Shown here: in pieces, positions 11,898-25,859 of the stretch | How positions within the stretch are numbered: position 1 is the first letter of the stretch | Layout: each line of letters starts with the position of its first letter | NCBI GenBank assembly: GCA_973895155.1 | Contig: OZ316894.1 | Coordinates: forward strand, 16,414,216 to 16,478,215 | Reading direction: 5' to 3' | Origin: Marsupella aquatica | Lineage: Eukaryota > Plantae > Marchantiophyta | Length of the DNA: 64,000 bases | Made by a program: the position numbers and the translations under genes | The notes under the pieces: model-generated | What the model saw: only the letters and a program-made list of their open reading frames with translations | The model's database searches: none | What the model was told of the DNA's origin: nothing

Positions 11898-14800
11898 ATT
11901 CCTACATTAATATGCATCTATATTGCCAATCACTCTAAATGGAAAATGGAAGTAGAGAGGAATAAAAAGAACTTTGCGTTATTAAGACGCGAACCAAGTC
12001 ACCACCTAGGGTAGGTATCCTTGATGTCAGAAGGGTACCTTGCCTGCACCATGGTGGCATGGCTCATAAGTCCAGCTCCAACTTTTCCAAATCGCACTTT
12101 CTCTTTGCCTTACTGTTGTGACTGTAGACACCTTAGACCGCCTCATTCTTTGTGGCTGGGGGGGCCAGACGGGCAGTGCTCGAATTCTGCTTCCGTGGTT
12201 CTCTGCAAGCGTTCATGATTGGAGTGGGCTTCGAGGGTTTCACATGGACATGATAGATACAGTATGGAGACCGGGCCATCATTCCGATGAACGATGATGG
12301 CAAGACAGAAGTAGGTTTTTCCCATCCCACACCAAAAGACAGAATGATGGTAACTTTTCCGGATATTCCTCTCTCACGCCACTATCCGGCGGATATTTGC
12401 TCCTACTGCTGCCCGCCTGCCCGGCTGTGCTACGGACCCGTATGGAATACTACGTGGTGTCAGAGATGACAGTCCAAAACTGGGAAAGGGACCTATCGTG
12501 CGCAACGACGATATAATAGTTTTGTATTCCGTTTTCACGTCGGCGACTACGTAGATTACTAGCTGTCGATCGAATTTCGGACGGCTGAGATTGGATGCCT
12601 TGACGCATGAAAGAACCCGAACCTGGATTGACATGCGCCGATCCAATGCAATCCAATAGTGATCCACTGTACTGCTGGAGCAGTCCTGTCCTCTCTGATA
12701 CTGTTGTGGAAACTTGGTTCCGTGTTTTGCATGGTGAAAATTTATTTATTTGCTTACAAACTTTTCTGGGTGTGGGAACATGGTTCCGTCTTTTGCACGG
12801 TGAAAAATACTTTTTACTTGCTGACAAACTTTTGTGGGTGGCGAATAAAGTTTTCTTGGTCTAGTAACCCTAATGGCACATTGATGCTTCCTTTCCAAGT
12901 TCCAACACAGTAGTTCCTCCCAACGTTGAACCAAACCTTTTCACTTTTTTTGGAAGTATACTAGGTATAAACACGTGTCTTTAAACCCAATGTCTCCTCT
13001 GTCCCTGTAATTCTGAGCCATGCATCCTAACTCATGATTTGACTTTCGGGACTTGACCTGGGTCTGATTTAAAAAAACCAAACAAAACTCCTAATGGACT
13101 GATTGTGGTTTAGTAGAAACTTTCACAAGATTTTGAGCAACTTCGATAGAATAAAAATTTCAGTGCGTTGTTTCACACAAAGATGCGTGTCATCTCTAGT
13201 TATGGTAGTTTATGGGTAGGTCTACTCATCCGGTGTCTTAGTCATACCTAGCCAGAACTTTTGTTCGGGGTCAAATTCAACAGATAACATTGTTTATCGT
13301 GAATTTTGTTCTCACAAAAAGGTTTAGCAGGAAGTCTTGTCTAGAATTTAATTCACTCCCAGTTCTTGAAACCACCCAAATAGTTTTCCAACCAACCATT
13401 TTAAGGATTCTCACATTTTGTATAGGGTGAAAAAGCCCTAATTTAAGTAATTATTTGTTGGGAAAACCTAATTATTGCTATGGAACATGCTGTAGTTTAA
13501 GGGTCTCTTAAGAAAATCTAATCTTGTTTATGCGTTGCTTATTTAATTTTTGATTGACTTTAATTTACTTGTAATGAGGATTCCAAAAATAAATAAATAA
13601 AATAAGCATGCCAGTTTTCCGGAAGTTGGGCCGGATGCTGGAAAGCAGAGTAAATCTTAGTGCCGGATAATTACCTCACTTCGTAGCAACATCTGATACA
13701 GGAAACGAAACTTAAAAAATCAAAATATTCCGTCTTAAAGCAAAAACTGAGATAGCACAGTACTTCATGCGCCTGTTATCTCTCTGAGCGAAGACCTTGG
13801 ATGTTCCAACCCACGTGGGCCCCACAACGTATTTCTGGGTTCCTTATTGTTTGACGAACCTCGTTTTCATTGCCTAAAAAAGAAGTGGGCCCAAAGCAAA
13901 AGATGCTGTCTTTTAGCTACTACAAGGGCTTGACTGCAAGCGTCGATCTGAGATATGGACGGATGAGTTTTCCCCTATATAGCGCTTATTAGGTCAAGAC
14001 AAAAAAAATCCTCATTGGGCGTATTGTTTATTATCATTTCACCCGAAAGAGGACAGCGATCCTGAGTATAAACACCGGGACCAGCAGTCCGGCGCTTTAG
14101 GAGGTGGGGTAAGGACCCAGTCATAGGGGATGATGATGGTAGGGGGGGATGATCATGATGATGATGCTACTGAGGGTTGGACGGAAGAAGAATTATTTTC
14201 ACGATTATATTATTTGGAAAATAGTAAAATGTCCTGCAACTGTTCTAGTCAATTCGGACTAGAGCACCCACAGCCTTTGCTTAGGTTAATATCTTTTAGT
14301 CAACATCCGACGGTTCTCCGCAAATCTGAAAGCGCTCTCGCCACAGAGGGAAGTTGGATAATAATAGTAGATACTTGCATCTTGAAATTTGCAACAGTCC
14401 CCTACCTATGATGAGCTGACAGGTGCCACGAGCCATTTCCTGGAAAGCATTTTTGGCAAGGTGACATGGCAAGCAAGAGATGGATGAAAGATCGTCGATC
14501 TGGGTATCGGGCCAGTGATGGACGGTGAGGATGTAACGGTAGGCCGCCCAGAGCCTATCCTGGAATGGGAAGTAGTTCTGAGGCGGGGCCCACTGAGAAA
14601 GACAAAGTGATGTGGATGGAGATGGTGAGGAGGTGAAATTTGTCAGTCAGGCAGTCATCAGACGCACCCAACAAGTTCGTTCATTTCGTTGTGTGGCAGA
14701 GTCACCAGTTCACCACGCCTGCCCCCGAACCTCGTTTGGGTATTTCCATGGGGCCACCTGTTTGACTCCCCTAAAAAGCGTTCGTTTCGGAAGTCGAAAC

Positions 14801-15144
14801 CCCATTCTATTCTATTTATTACTACTATTAAAATAAAAAGTGAAATTAAATGCTGCTGACGGGTGGTAGAATGATGCAACGCCGGGCGGGCGGGACGGGA
14901 CTCACGGAAGAAACCGCATCATGATTCCTCATCACAAACGCACGGCGGGTGGGGATGCTCCTGACGGGCCTGGCCGTCAGACGGCCGTGTCTGCTTCGTC
15001 GGCGTCCATTCCCGTTCGTTTCAGGTTCGGCGCTTCGGCGGGTTGGTCCTCCGGTATGGAGCACCACCTCCGTTCCTGGGTTTCGTTGCTTATTTAGTAG
15101 AAGTAGTGTGACTTGCTTGCGTGCGTGCCTTCCGCCTGGCCGGA

Positions 15145-15815
15145 CCGGTCGGTCGGTCGGTCGGTCGGTGTGGTTCGTCGCGCGAGTCAGACAGACGGGG
15201 GTGGCGGGGCCGGGGGGTAAAGGGAGGAGGAGGAGGAGGAGGAGAATCACTCGCGCTCCCGTTCGCACCGGGCCCACCAAAATGTACGCTGGTCTGGGCC
15301 TCCGCCACCTTTCCTTTCTGCAGTGCGCTGCTTCTCCTTCTTCGGCTTCGTCTCCCGCCGCGCTGCTGCTGCTGCTGCTCCCTTTGCTCACCTTTGTTGT
15401 TGCTCGTGCATCTCGCATGATCGTCGTCGTCGTCGTCGTCGATACCTTCTTCGCAACACTGCTGCTCTGTGTCGTCGGCGTCTCATCTCCACGGCTGCTG
15501 CTGCTGCTGCTGCTGTTGAGGCCTCTCGTGCTGGCGCTTCAGGCTCGAGCCAGGACGCGGACGAAGAGTGAGGAGAGAAGAGAAGGAATGGAGATGAGGG
15601 AGGAGGACGCATTTTTCTCGATGCGAGAGATGTTGTTGCTGCTGCTGCCTGCTAGGTAGGAAGGGAGGGAGGGAGGTGGTGCGGATGCTGCTGCTCCTTC
15701 TGTTGAGGATAATGATACCGTATACTTGCAGGCAGGCAGACGTAGCCCGTTTGGCGTCGACTCGTTGAGAGCGAGAGACAGGGAGAGACAGAGAGAAAGC
15801 GAGAGCGAGAGACCA
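15145..15815. repeat. GC-rich cluster of microsatellites: (CGGT)n, (GGA)n, (CTG)n, (GTC)n, (GA)n
   Basis: Directly visible short tandem runs. Confidence 0.85.
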
Positions 15816-17681
15816 GGCTGGGTGCTTTGGCTCTAATTCTGTTGTGTGCTCGTGTTCGTGTTCGGGTTCTTATTATTTGCGGGGCGGGGCGATTTGGCGA
15901 GTGGACGACATGTGAAGCGCGAGCCGCCTTCGTTGCTTCTCTTTCTTTGTATCCGAGAGATCGAACGGGTAAGGATGGATTCCGGTGCTATGGGGCGTTT
16001 GGTGGACTAGTGAAAGTGAGAGAGTGATTTATATAGTACGTGCGAGGAGAGGTGAGGAGAGAAGAGGCGATGAGAGGAGAGAGGAGAGAAAAGGATGGGA
16101 TAGGATGGGGAGGAGAGGAGAGGAGACCCCCGGCGGCTGTATGTTCATGTGCGATGAAGGGGGATAGTAGAGAGGCGTCGCTCTCATGCGAAGGTAGGGA
16201 GGAAGCTTTCGAGGGGGTGATTGCATGGAACGAGCGGTCCTACGCAGAGACCGGTTTGCAGTTGTTGATTGCGTGAGGGGCCGGATGGAATGTGTGAAAG
16301 CTTCGTCTTGAGAACTGTGGTGGTTTACTTTATTTGCCCCTTTGTACCCGAGGTGCAGTTTGACAGGGAGTCTATTTGTCCGAGGTGTTTTAGATTTCGC
16401 ATTTCTTCCTCGTCGCTATATGATATTCTCGATAAACCGTTGGCAATCTTTACCCTTTGCGTTGCCTTGTCTTTGATCCCCCGGGATTGAGATGAATTCG
16501 ATGCGTGAAACACAAGTTGATTAGAGATCTGTCCCGCGGGGTGGCGATTTTTGCAATTCCCCCTGGCTTCCGTCTCTCTCGCAGTGTCATCGAGCCGATC
16601 AGTGTCTGCTGCCTGAAGGCTTCGTTTGTAGCCTCTGTACATCTGCAAAAATTTCGACTCCTTTTTGACCCAGGCTCGGTCCTTTCCCTCAACGAAGGCC
16701 TGCTTCTCGGTGACTTCTTTCGCTGATTTTTGTCATCGCCTCCCGGGTTCTTTGTCCGTGCACTTAACGTGGTGCACATCCTGATTCTAGGACTACCTTG
16801 CTCGTAAGAGTCTGGCTTCTGTAGGTATTTCACCGAGGGAAGAAGTGAATGGTTTCGAAAATATCCTCTTTTTCTCCTTTTTTGGTGATATTTTAGGCAT
16901 TGTGTGGCAATTCCACCTCCCTAGCTTTGCTTTTACGTCTGGCTCAACTTCGCGTAGTCGCAGACGAAATTTGGTGATCTCGCACTCTTGAACCGATTCC
17001 CTTCTAACCCGGGGTCTATTTCGTAATGCCTGGAAGTTGTCGTTGTTTCCTCGGATGATCGCTGGTCTTATCTTTAGATGAGCAGTTTGTTAATACGCTC
17101 TGATGGGTAAGGACACTTAGTGCTGCGAGGGTAGCTTCATGATGGTAGGTGGTCGTATGAATAGGTCGGCAGTTGATCGTAGTACGCGTCGAAATTGTTT
17201 TGTTTGGGACCCGAGTGCCATTCTTCGTTCTTATGCCTTTGTGGTCAATGCTATTTTATCCTCTGATTGTGTTTGCTGACGTTCAATTTGTGCTGTGCAG
17301 TAACGTGGCCGCCAAGAGTAGAGGGCAATCACTAGTCGTCTGTGCATCGGTAGGAGCACCTTGCTATGGCAGGAGAAGTTTATTGCCCGGCTGACAATAT
17401 TTTGAAGGATTTCCGTAATAAGAGTTCATGGAGGCTTTCGTCTGACGGTCGACCGGAGCCGAGGCCTCACGGTCTTAGTTCCGCATACCGTACACCCATT
17501 TAGGTAGATAAGGACGAGTTTCGACAGAGTCCGGGGAGTCGAATATGTAGCGTTCCTGCTGGAAGGAGGACATGGCAACGCTTTTCAATTGATACAGAAG
17601 AGCGGATCTGGTTTGGGCGTGTTCGTGGGAGGGGAGGATAGGGTGAGGCGGGAAGGTAAGGGTAAGGGTGAGGGCGCTGTG

Positions 17682-20600
17682 ATGGAGTACATCGAAATGT
17701 CAGCCGCAGCGGTTTCAAAGGGAATGTTTGAAAAGCTTATATCTAGTGACGGTTCAAGGATTCCGTTCAATACAAATGGGGCTGCCCCGACCGGATTCCG
17801 GCCCATGCCTGTACCGCTTTTCTCGCATGGAAAGCCCCTGTCATCCATGGGGATGGTTCCTGCTGCGCCATCAGGTACACCTTTTAGCCATATGGACACT
17901 ACCACCAAGCAGCGGTCGTTATATCAGGACGGCGCAAATAGAGTCCAAAAAAGCGCGGACGTAATGACTGGTTTGTAAGATGCAGTTCTCTAATGTTGTT
18001 GACAACTTAGAGAATCCGAAACTTAGATTGCGAACATTTGAAGTAAAGTCAGCTACCGCCGCACTTGTCCGTTCAGCTTTCGATGTTGATACGATTTGCT
18101 TCGTCTGAGGAGGAATCCAATGAAAGTGGGGAACTCCGGTCCACACGCTATAGTACCCATACTGGTGGTGTGGGTAGCAAGTCAGGGGATCGCCATCCTT
18201 ATGCGGGCAATCATCGCTTTATGTGGCTCTCTTTGGACTGTTTAAGGGCCACTGGCAATGTAGTTTTCGCGTATTGTAGCACAGCCGTCATGAGGACAAT
18301 CCACATGTTGCCGGTCTCCCTGTCTGCCTTCATGCAACTTAATTCTGTAGGGTTATAGGGATCCTGTCTTCGATTCCTATTGAGGCCTTGACTTCAGAGA
18401 GGGGCAATCTGAAGAAATTGTGCTGCGTTGCGTTGTCTGGAGTGCATTTGGTCTACCTGTTGAATCGTAGAAGACCCGATCGCCTATGCACTCCTGTGAT
18501 GCAAGCTGATTGTCACATCTGTCGTCAACTTTCTTCCTCAAAGCTTTTTCTAGTGTTGGCTCTTACGTTCTAGTTGTAGGATACTGATTGGTTATTCGCG
18601 CAAAATTGTAATAGCACGCTAGACTGGATAGCCTAGTAATGAAACTTCGTTTGTGTTTTGAACAGGCTCTGGCTCGGACCTGGCAAGAAGAGGGGGAACG
18701 CCCTCATTTGTCACCTCAGGAATGTCAGTGAATGGATCGCATATTGCACTAGGTAATGGAGCCAATGGAAGCTTTGGGACGATTTATCTTCAAGTACCGG
18801 GTGAATCAGGATCTTCGCAGCAGGGAGATGAGATGGCGGAGAAAGGGAAGAGGAACAAAGGCGAAGGAGGTAGAGGTAATAGAGGCAGTGGAACATTCAG
18901 TAGGAAGAGAACAAGGGCAGTTCAAGCTGATTCCCTACCAACATCAGAAGCTATGCCAGATGGGAGTTTGAGTGGCGGAGCTGCAGCTTCAGCTGGGAGA
19001 GCTGTTACTGTCAATGGTACCCGTCAACTCCAAAACCCGAACCCAGGTTTGTTCTCATGTCAAACTTTTGTGAGTCTATTTATTTTGTCGAACATTGCGA
19101 CTGCAGACTCGAACATCAGTAGACCTGTGGTTCGGCACTTGAATATCTTAACAGCTAGGATTGGAGTGACCGTCGAAGGATTGTTGTCGGGGCTACTACT
19201 TGGAGATGAAATCGCTTAGGTGTGTACCAACCGTTTGTTCTGTTGAAAATTCAGAAAAAGGAGATAAATCCATAAGTCGAAGACACAGTGGAAATTCTGC
19301 CAGACGTGACAAGAAGCAAACTCAGACGGTGGCCACTTCTGTGAACGATAGCTATCCCCCCAAATTGGTTGAGGCGAATGGGTTCCCGAATGGAGTGACG
19401 AATAATGAGAGCACTGGTATACTTGGTAAGTTGTATTACCCTTAAGTTATCTTGTTTGTAGAAAGTCGTTCACTCAAGTAATCCCTCAGGTAGTTGAAGA
19501 CAGTAAGCAGGGGAATTTTTGCTAAAATTAGTCAGTTACCTGTGTGAGGGCTTTGCCAATGACCTCAGTCATATAATCCGCTTGTCCGTTGATGCTGTTG
19601 CGCAATTCAGATATCTATGGCTTGAGGACACGATCAACGGATGTATCGCGTTTTATGGTGGACATTCCTTTGAATGATCTGCTTTCGGGGAACTTTGAGG
19701 TGCCAACGTTTTACTTAAAAGATAATCATGAAGCGAAGGTGGAGCAAGAAGAGAGCTTTGAGCAGCAGATGGAGCGCGTCCTGGATTTACTTCCGAAACG
19801 CCCAGCGGCAGGAGATTCTCATTCATTGAAGATGCGAGGCGTTTCTGATAATTTGAGTGGCAAGGGTCCGAAGGCCACGAAAATGATGTTGGATCTCGAG
19901 CATCCACTCCATCCTGAAGAGGAGGTGGTTGTTGCGAAGATGGGGAAGACTGATAAAGAAATGCACAGTGACTCGACTTTAGAGGTTCGACTGCTTTTCA
20001 CTATCCCAAGCCAATGACATTTTTCTGTACCAAATGCCCGGAAGACAGATGATACTTTTGCTTCCTCTTTGTTGTCAGATATTATATGGCAACTTCTTCG
20101 TTTCTGACACTTGGTAACTTTTGGTGCAGGCAAGTGCTGATAGAGACGGTTCTACCGGTGTTCCAGTGGATGGCTCATCCTCCACACCAGTTCCGTCGCG
20201 ATTTTCCTTAGACAATCTCCCGGTCCATTCAGTCGAAGTTTTCCTGAGTAGACTGAACCTCATGCAGGGTGATCCTCTGCCATCTTTAATTGCCCAGGCG
20301 GGAGCTGATGGTGATATGAGTGCGGCAGCAGACATACGTGTTGGCAGTGACATAGTTGACTTATGTCACAGAAATGGGAGTGTGCCTCCACTCCCATTCT
20401 CTTATCCACATGGTGGGCCAGTGAAAGCTGATAATGGCAGGTACAATCCACGGATCTGGGTCCGAGGTCCAGCAGAGATCAATGGTCGGAAGGGAGGAAA
20501 TGGACTGAACGGGAAAGAAGGGTCTGACGGGCCAGGAGAGGATGGGTCAAATTCACCAAATTCAAGGCATGGGAGAATTGATAGTAAATATAAGGTACAG

Positions 20601-22349
20601 TCGCCGGATGCAATGCAGAGAAGCACTTCGAGAGCCTCCTCTATGTCCCCTGGGAAATTGGATACCGCCAGGGTGCCAAGCGTAGCTGATCCCAGTAGCT
20701 CTGTCAAGGAAGAGCCGCGCCAAGTGGAGAATGCTGTTGGCTCTAGTTCGGGCCCAAATCCAATGGAAATCGATTCGAGCAGAGTGGACAGTGGTTCTGG
20801 CATTGGAGGTGGAGCAGATGCAACAGATGCACAGGGTGTCCCTGATGACGATCGGGCAAGAAGTGGAGGGGAGGCTGTGAGGCCCTTAGAAACCCCTGCC
20901 ACTTTACCAAGACCGCAAGAACTGGATGCATCCTCTGATCGGCAGGGGAAGCCAGTGGCCGGTACATTGCCAGAGGTGAAGTTGGAGAAGGGTGAGCTAA
21001 AAGCAATGGTGAAGGATCCAGCCGAAGTGGATAGTGGAGAGGCTAATTTGGTACCTATTGTACCGTCGGGCCTACCTGTTGTAGACTTGAAACTGAATGT
21101 TAGAAGTCCATCTTCTCTTCAAATTGACTCATCATCGAGTTTAACAGGTGAAATCTTTAGCTCTATTGTATTTTCCCTTGAAAATCTAGTTCCTTCCCGC
21201 CCATCTTGCGAGCACTGTTATGTAATATCTGATCTGATGTGAAAAAACTGGTCGATGAAACTCATGAGAGGTATCCTGATGCTTACAACGAAACAACTCT
21301 ATGCAACAGTTACCGCTGGGAACTGAGGTTTCGGAATGTTTCCGTAGCTATCGAGCCACGGGAGAGACTTTGTTTTGCACCTTTTCCTTCTTTTTTTCAT
21401 CGTTTCCTTGTTAGCAGCTGTATCAATCAGTTTCTTTCCCCTTGTGCTAGTTATTTGTATTCTCGAAGTGTTACTTCCGGTGATTTGGTGGCATGTGTGC
21501 AAACGACTGTGCGGTTGCGGAGCTTTCAGAAGCTAAATTGCAGTTTTGTTTTCAGGAACAGCTCATCCAAGTTCACCTAATGCTCAGGCAGCAGCTCGGC
21601 TTCTCTGCAGTATCGCGAATTCTACGCTTGCCGACCAAGATAAGAATGAAGGAGAGAGGAGACGTAGAGTTTTCCAACCTTACCCCGGCGCTCCAGTCCA
21701 AAAGACAGTGAAGAGTATCAGGGTTAGTAACTCAGGAGCTGTACAGGGAGATGGAGGAAGAGAAGGGAAAAGAAGTTTGGATGGAGGATCTGTACCTCCA
21801 AGTAAGACCCTTGTAAGTGAGAGAAGGAAAAGTCTGAGTCAAGTGAACGATGCCTCTGAAAAGCCATTATACTCATCTCCTCGAAATTCAACTGGTGGTG
21901 GAATACCTACTGGGTCACGAGGGGGTATCCATACAGGCTCTCGCTCGCATACCTTGTCTATCAAGTTAGACAAGGTTACAGCTAGAGAGTCAACCGGTAG
22001 TAAGGAGCTGGTTGGGAGGGGTACACCTTCTCTTCCTCCTCTTTCCCATGGAAGCCCTCCGTTGAAGAATGGACACAAAGGTGTGAAAGGCAATAATTAT
22101 GTGCATTCCGTCAATTCTAAAGGCGGTGTGACCGCAGCAAATCTTCTTAAAGTTCCTGGTGCTTCTACAACACAAAGAGTAGGAAACGGAGGGACTTCTT
22201 CAAGAAGCAGTCGAACTGGTCATAGTGGTAATGCCCCAGCTTCACATAGTCTAGCCCCAGTACCTTTCAAATCATCACGACAGAGCATCCCAGAAAGCCG
22301 GCAAAAGACGAAGTCGGAATTGCCTGGGAGGGGTGGTAAACCCAATTGA
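17682..22349 (+). CDS. Uncharacterised plant protein, ~1008 aa, S/G/P-rich and probably largely disordered (resembles the Arabidopsis AT1G64050-type family)
   Basis: Six exons with GT-AG introns and consistent phases: 17682-17970, 18666-19046, 19255-19425, 19611-19984, 20130-21147, 21556-22349 (3027 nt). Short conserved-looking motifs: DIYGL..DVS..DIPLNDLLSG, PPLPFSYPHGG, SPNAQAAARLLCSIA. The family call is from memory. Confidence 0.75.
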
Positions 22350-24058
22350 GAATAGTTAACATTGTAAATTTATGAACAAAGTTGGGGGTGAGTCTTAGGC
22401 AGATTGTCAATCGAGGTCGTCATTTAATTTTTCAAACCCGTACTCTACTGTTCCAGAGGCTTTCTGTGTCTTTGGTAGGGTATGGGCAGCCTCTCTGGTG
22501 CCCGAAGATGTGCCACAGGTCATTCCTGTATTGTGTGTAGTTTGATAAGACTCCATTGCATAGTAAGCTTCATTGGGGATGACAGGGCGGCGCCACAATC
22601 AAATGGTGTCGTTACAAATCGCACCTCTTTGTTTGTCCTATGCAATTGCAATCACCGGCATTGAATCTCTCTCGCTGGTGTAATTTTTCTGCCCACGCTT
22701 TTTCCTGATTCTGGTTAGTGTCCTTGAATATCTATCAGTTCCTCATGGCTTTAACAAGGTGTTGCTGGATGGTGTTGACGACGTTGGTGGATGTTTTGCA
22801 TCCAACTGTTTCCCGGTTCTGTTCTGGCTGACAGTGAATTGAACCTTTACGTGAGGTAGTGCTATGATCAGCTGCAGTTGTTATGTCTGCAAATGCAAGC
22901 ATGCCCTTTCGCAGTAAATTAGCTGCTGGAAAAGCAATGGCCCGAAAAGCTCACCGCCTTCACCGTATTGATTTTCTGTGTTGAGAGATGGGAATGGGTA
23001 GTCGTGTCCGTCTTTCAACTTGCTCAACGTCCAAGCACCAGTTGGACGCGCGGGTTCTGGCTAGATGAAAATGTCTCTCCTGCGCGGATTCGAAGTTGGA
23101 GGAACGTTGGCCATGTTATCGCAAGCAAGAATGGGACTTTCTTTCTGTGCTATCACTGAGAAAACAGTTATTCTCGCGCATTCACCAAATTACTTCGACA
23201 AAATTTGCTCGGGGATCAGACTTACCTTTTAGTGCGACGGTATTTGCATTGGGTGACATCTCGATCGAAGAGGTGCTAGTTTATATCATATTTGTGGAAG
23301 TAGTGAATCCTGGTTTGGGCAAGAACAGGAACAGGGACGGCGTAGGCAGTAAGCCAGTAAGAGAACAAGTACCGATTCCTCTTCCTCCTTCCATTTCTGA
23401 GGAGCCCAGTCTCTGCTCACCCCCATTTGTGATGACTACGATGAAGTACACGATGTTGCTCTTGATTGTTTCGCTTGATATTTGTCCTCTGTAAATTCAT
23501 ACTCAACAGGCTCTATGAATCTTTCACATCATTCAAAGCATGCCTGTGGTTGTTTTCGCTTCATATTTGGCCTCTGCAAATTCTCACTGGAAAGGCTCTA
23601 TGAATTATTCTCAGCTTCAAAGTATGAGTTCCTTAGTGCGAGTGCTACACTGGTTCTATCCACAGCAGCGGTCACGGTGCTTTAGATTCCAGAAGTGGCG
23701 AAGAGAAGGGATTGATTATACGAAATGTCAGGGTGGTTTAAATTCCAAGAGCAGCGAATTCAAGATATATGATTATACGAAACGGCTTTTGAGGAGCTTG
23801 TCAATCCGTTTCCTACCGGTATTTGTGTCGATCGTAGCGCATGTTTCCACTCAATGACTTCTTATCGGATATACAGCGAAGGTTCTAAAAAATTCCCATT
23901 TATTTTCCCTGTGTGTTCGCCCCATGGCAATCCTAAAAAAGCTACTTTTACTCACATATAGTACCTTTCATTTTACTCATGCTCACTTTTGAGTGTCTAC
24001 CAAAGTTTCCTTTTGTAGTTTGAGCAGGACTTGTGCCACTCTGAGAATCCTCCACGTA

Positions 24059-24264
24059 GCAAAAAGCTTGTAGGGTCACAATATGATCATTAGGTCTGTG
24101 TATGGTAAGATCTGGGTCGTTCATTTTGGTGAATGAGCTCTAGAACTTTCCGCAAAAAGTTTGTAGGGTCACAACATGATCATTAGGTCTGTGTATGGTA
24201 AGATCTGGGCCGTTCATTTTGGTGAATGAGCACTAGAACTTTCAGTAAAAAGTTTGTAGGGTCA
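24059..24264. repeat. 93-bp tandem duplication (~2.2 copies)
   Basis: TAGGGTCA at 24071, 24164 and 24257; the two full units are near-identical. Confidence 0.9.
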
Positions 24265-25859
24265 TGAATAATTACTAAAACGTTTTAAACACCTCTTGTA
24301 TCATTTGCAAGTCACTTCACCTGGTAGCAGATATGTAGACAGGAAACTTTTGTTTTTTACTCATGTCACTTTTGTTTTTTACTTATTTAGTATTGTACAA
24401 ATGCTGAAATTTTTGGGAGTCCACAGTTGCTTGGCCCACCCACTTCCCTATGTCAAATATGGCGGTACATTGGAACCAATTTCAAACTTCTAATGCCTAG
24501 AGAAAGCTGCATGCAACTATACTTACGTAGAACTTTTGAATGAACTGAGTCAAATCAATAATGGTGGGATCTTAGAACTGGGTCCTACATCCCAAGGCAA
24601 GGTAGTCAAGAATAATCTGACCCTTTTGGCGCATTTACAAAGAAAAGATGGGACCAGGACATACAAAATACAGACTCTGAGGGATAATAATCAATAGTGG
24701 CGGTATCTAAGTCCTATATCCTGACGTAAGGTAGTCAAGAATACATGGGGCCAGGACAATACAAAATATATTCTCTCAGGTATGGTAAAGGACTTAACGC
24801 AAAAGGAGAAGGATGGAGAGAGGTAGAAAGGAAGATTCCTCCCATCTCCTGGTGGTGACGGAAGAGCTATTTGGTCAAGGACCTAGTTTAATTTTTTTCT
24901 CCTGCAGGCAGAGGTGAGAGCATGAGCATAGTAGCAAAACAGAGTAAGTCCATTAAAGACATATTTGCATGTTATTTTACTTATAAAGGGGCTAGAGTTG
25001 GGGCCTAGGTTTCTAGAGTGAAGACTCTACAGTGTAATTCCATGGCTCATCATGTGGATGAAAAAACTCACATGATTATGATGTATCTCAAATGATATTC
25101 ATGCATATCTTTTGTCATGATTTTTATTTATATTAAAAAATGAGTTCTGTGGCCCCACCATAACATATGTGCATAGAAAAGATCATGGTATGTTATGTAT
25201 GAATATTAAAATGATAACACCTATGAAAAAATGTGAATAAGAAATATATTTTGGGGATATTTTTATTGTCCTCCCCACTATTAGCTTAATTGCACCGAAA
25301 ATGTATCGGGCCTCAAGTGATTCACCGAAGTGATGAAACCTTGAAAGCATCCACGTGTCGGTAGCGGAGGGTAGTCGGGGCTAGTGTAACTAATTGAACA
25401 TGTGAGTTTATTAGTAATTTGCAAGTAAGTTTCATACAAATATTACATTCATCTCCACTTAGTTTAGAAAATTTCCCACAAATCACACGGTTTCTCATAC
25501 AAGTCAAACCTCTACTACATTGTTTTGGTTTGGTTTAAATGAGAGAAATAAATAAATTTACTGAAAAGAGTATCAACAATGTCCAACGAGAGACAAAAGG
25601 GAAAAGGTCCCAACAAAACCAAATCAACAATAATTTTATAATAAGCACTTTACATGGGCTAACTTGACTCATATTGCAGCGTCACCTTCACTTCTAGAAA
25701 CAGTTAAAAAATAATGCCTGATTTGACTCATCATGTCTCCTGTACTTTTTGGTTTGATCACTTTCACGAGTTCCAAACTAGAGGGACCTCTCCAGAATGC
25801 ACACCTTCTTAAGTACAAATCCCTGGATGATTGCAAGACCTTCTGATCTTGCTTTTCCA

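Noticed and set aside
11985-12080. Possible degenerate tRNA/SINE head on the minus strand (GGTTCGCGTC box-B-like)
   Set aside because: No convincing box A, cloverleaf, tail or TSD.
14949-15659. 236-aa plus-strand ORF with poly-Leu/Val/Arg runs
   Set aside because: It starts at GTG, is generated by microsatellites in GC-rich DNA, has no recognisable domain, and overlaps several equally long ORFs in other frames.
20402-20902. 166-aa minus-strand ORF and similar antisense ORFs over genes and pol regions
   Set aside because: These are shadow ORFs opposite real coding exons.
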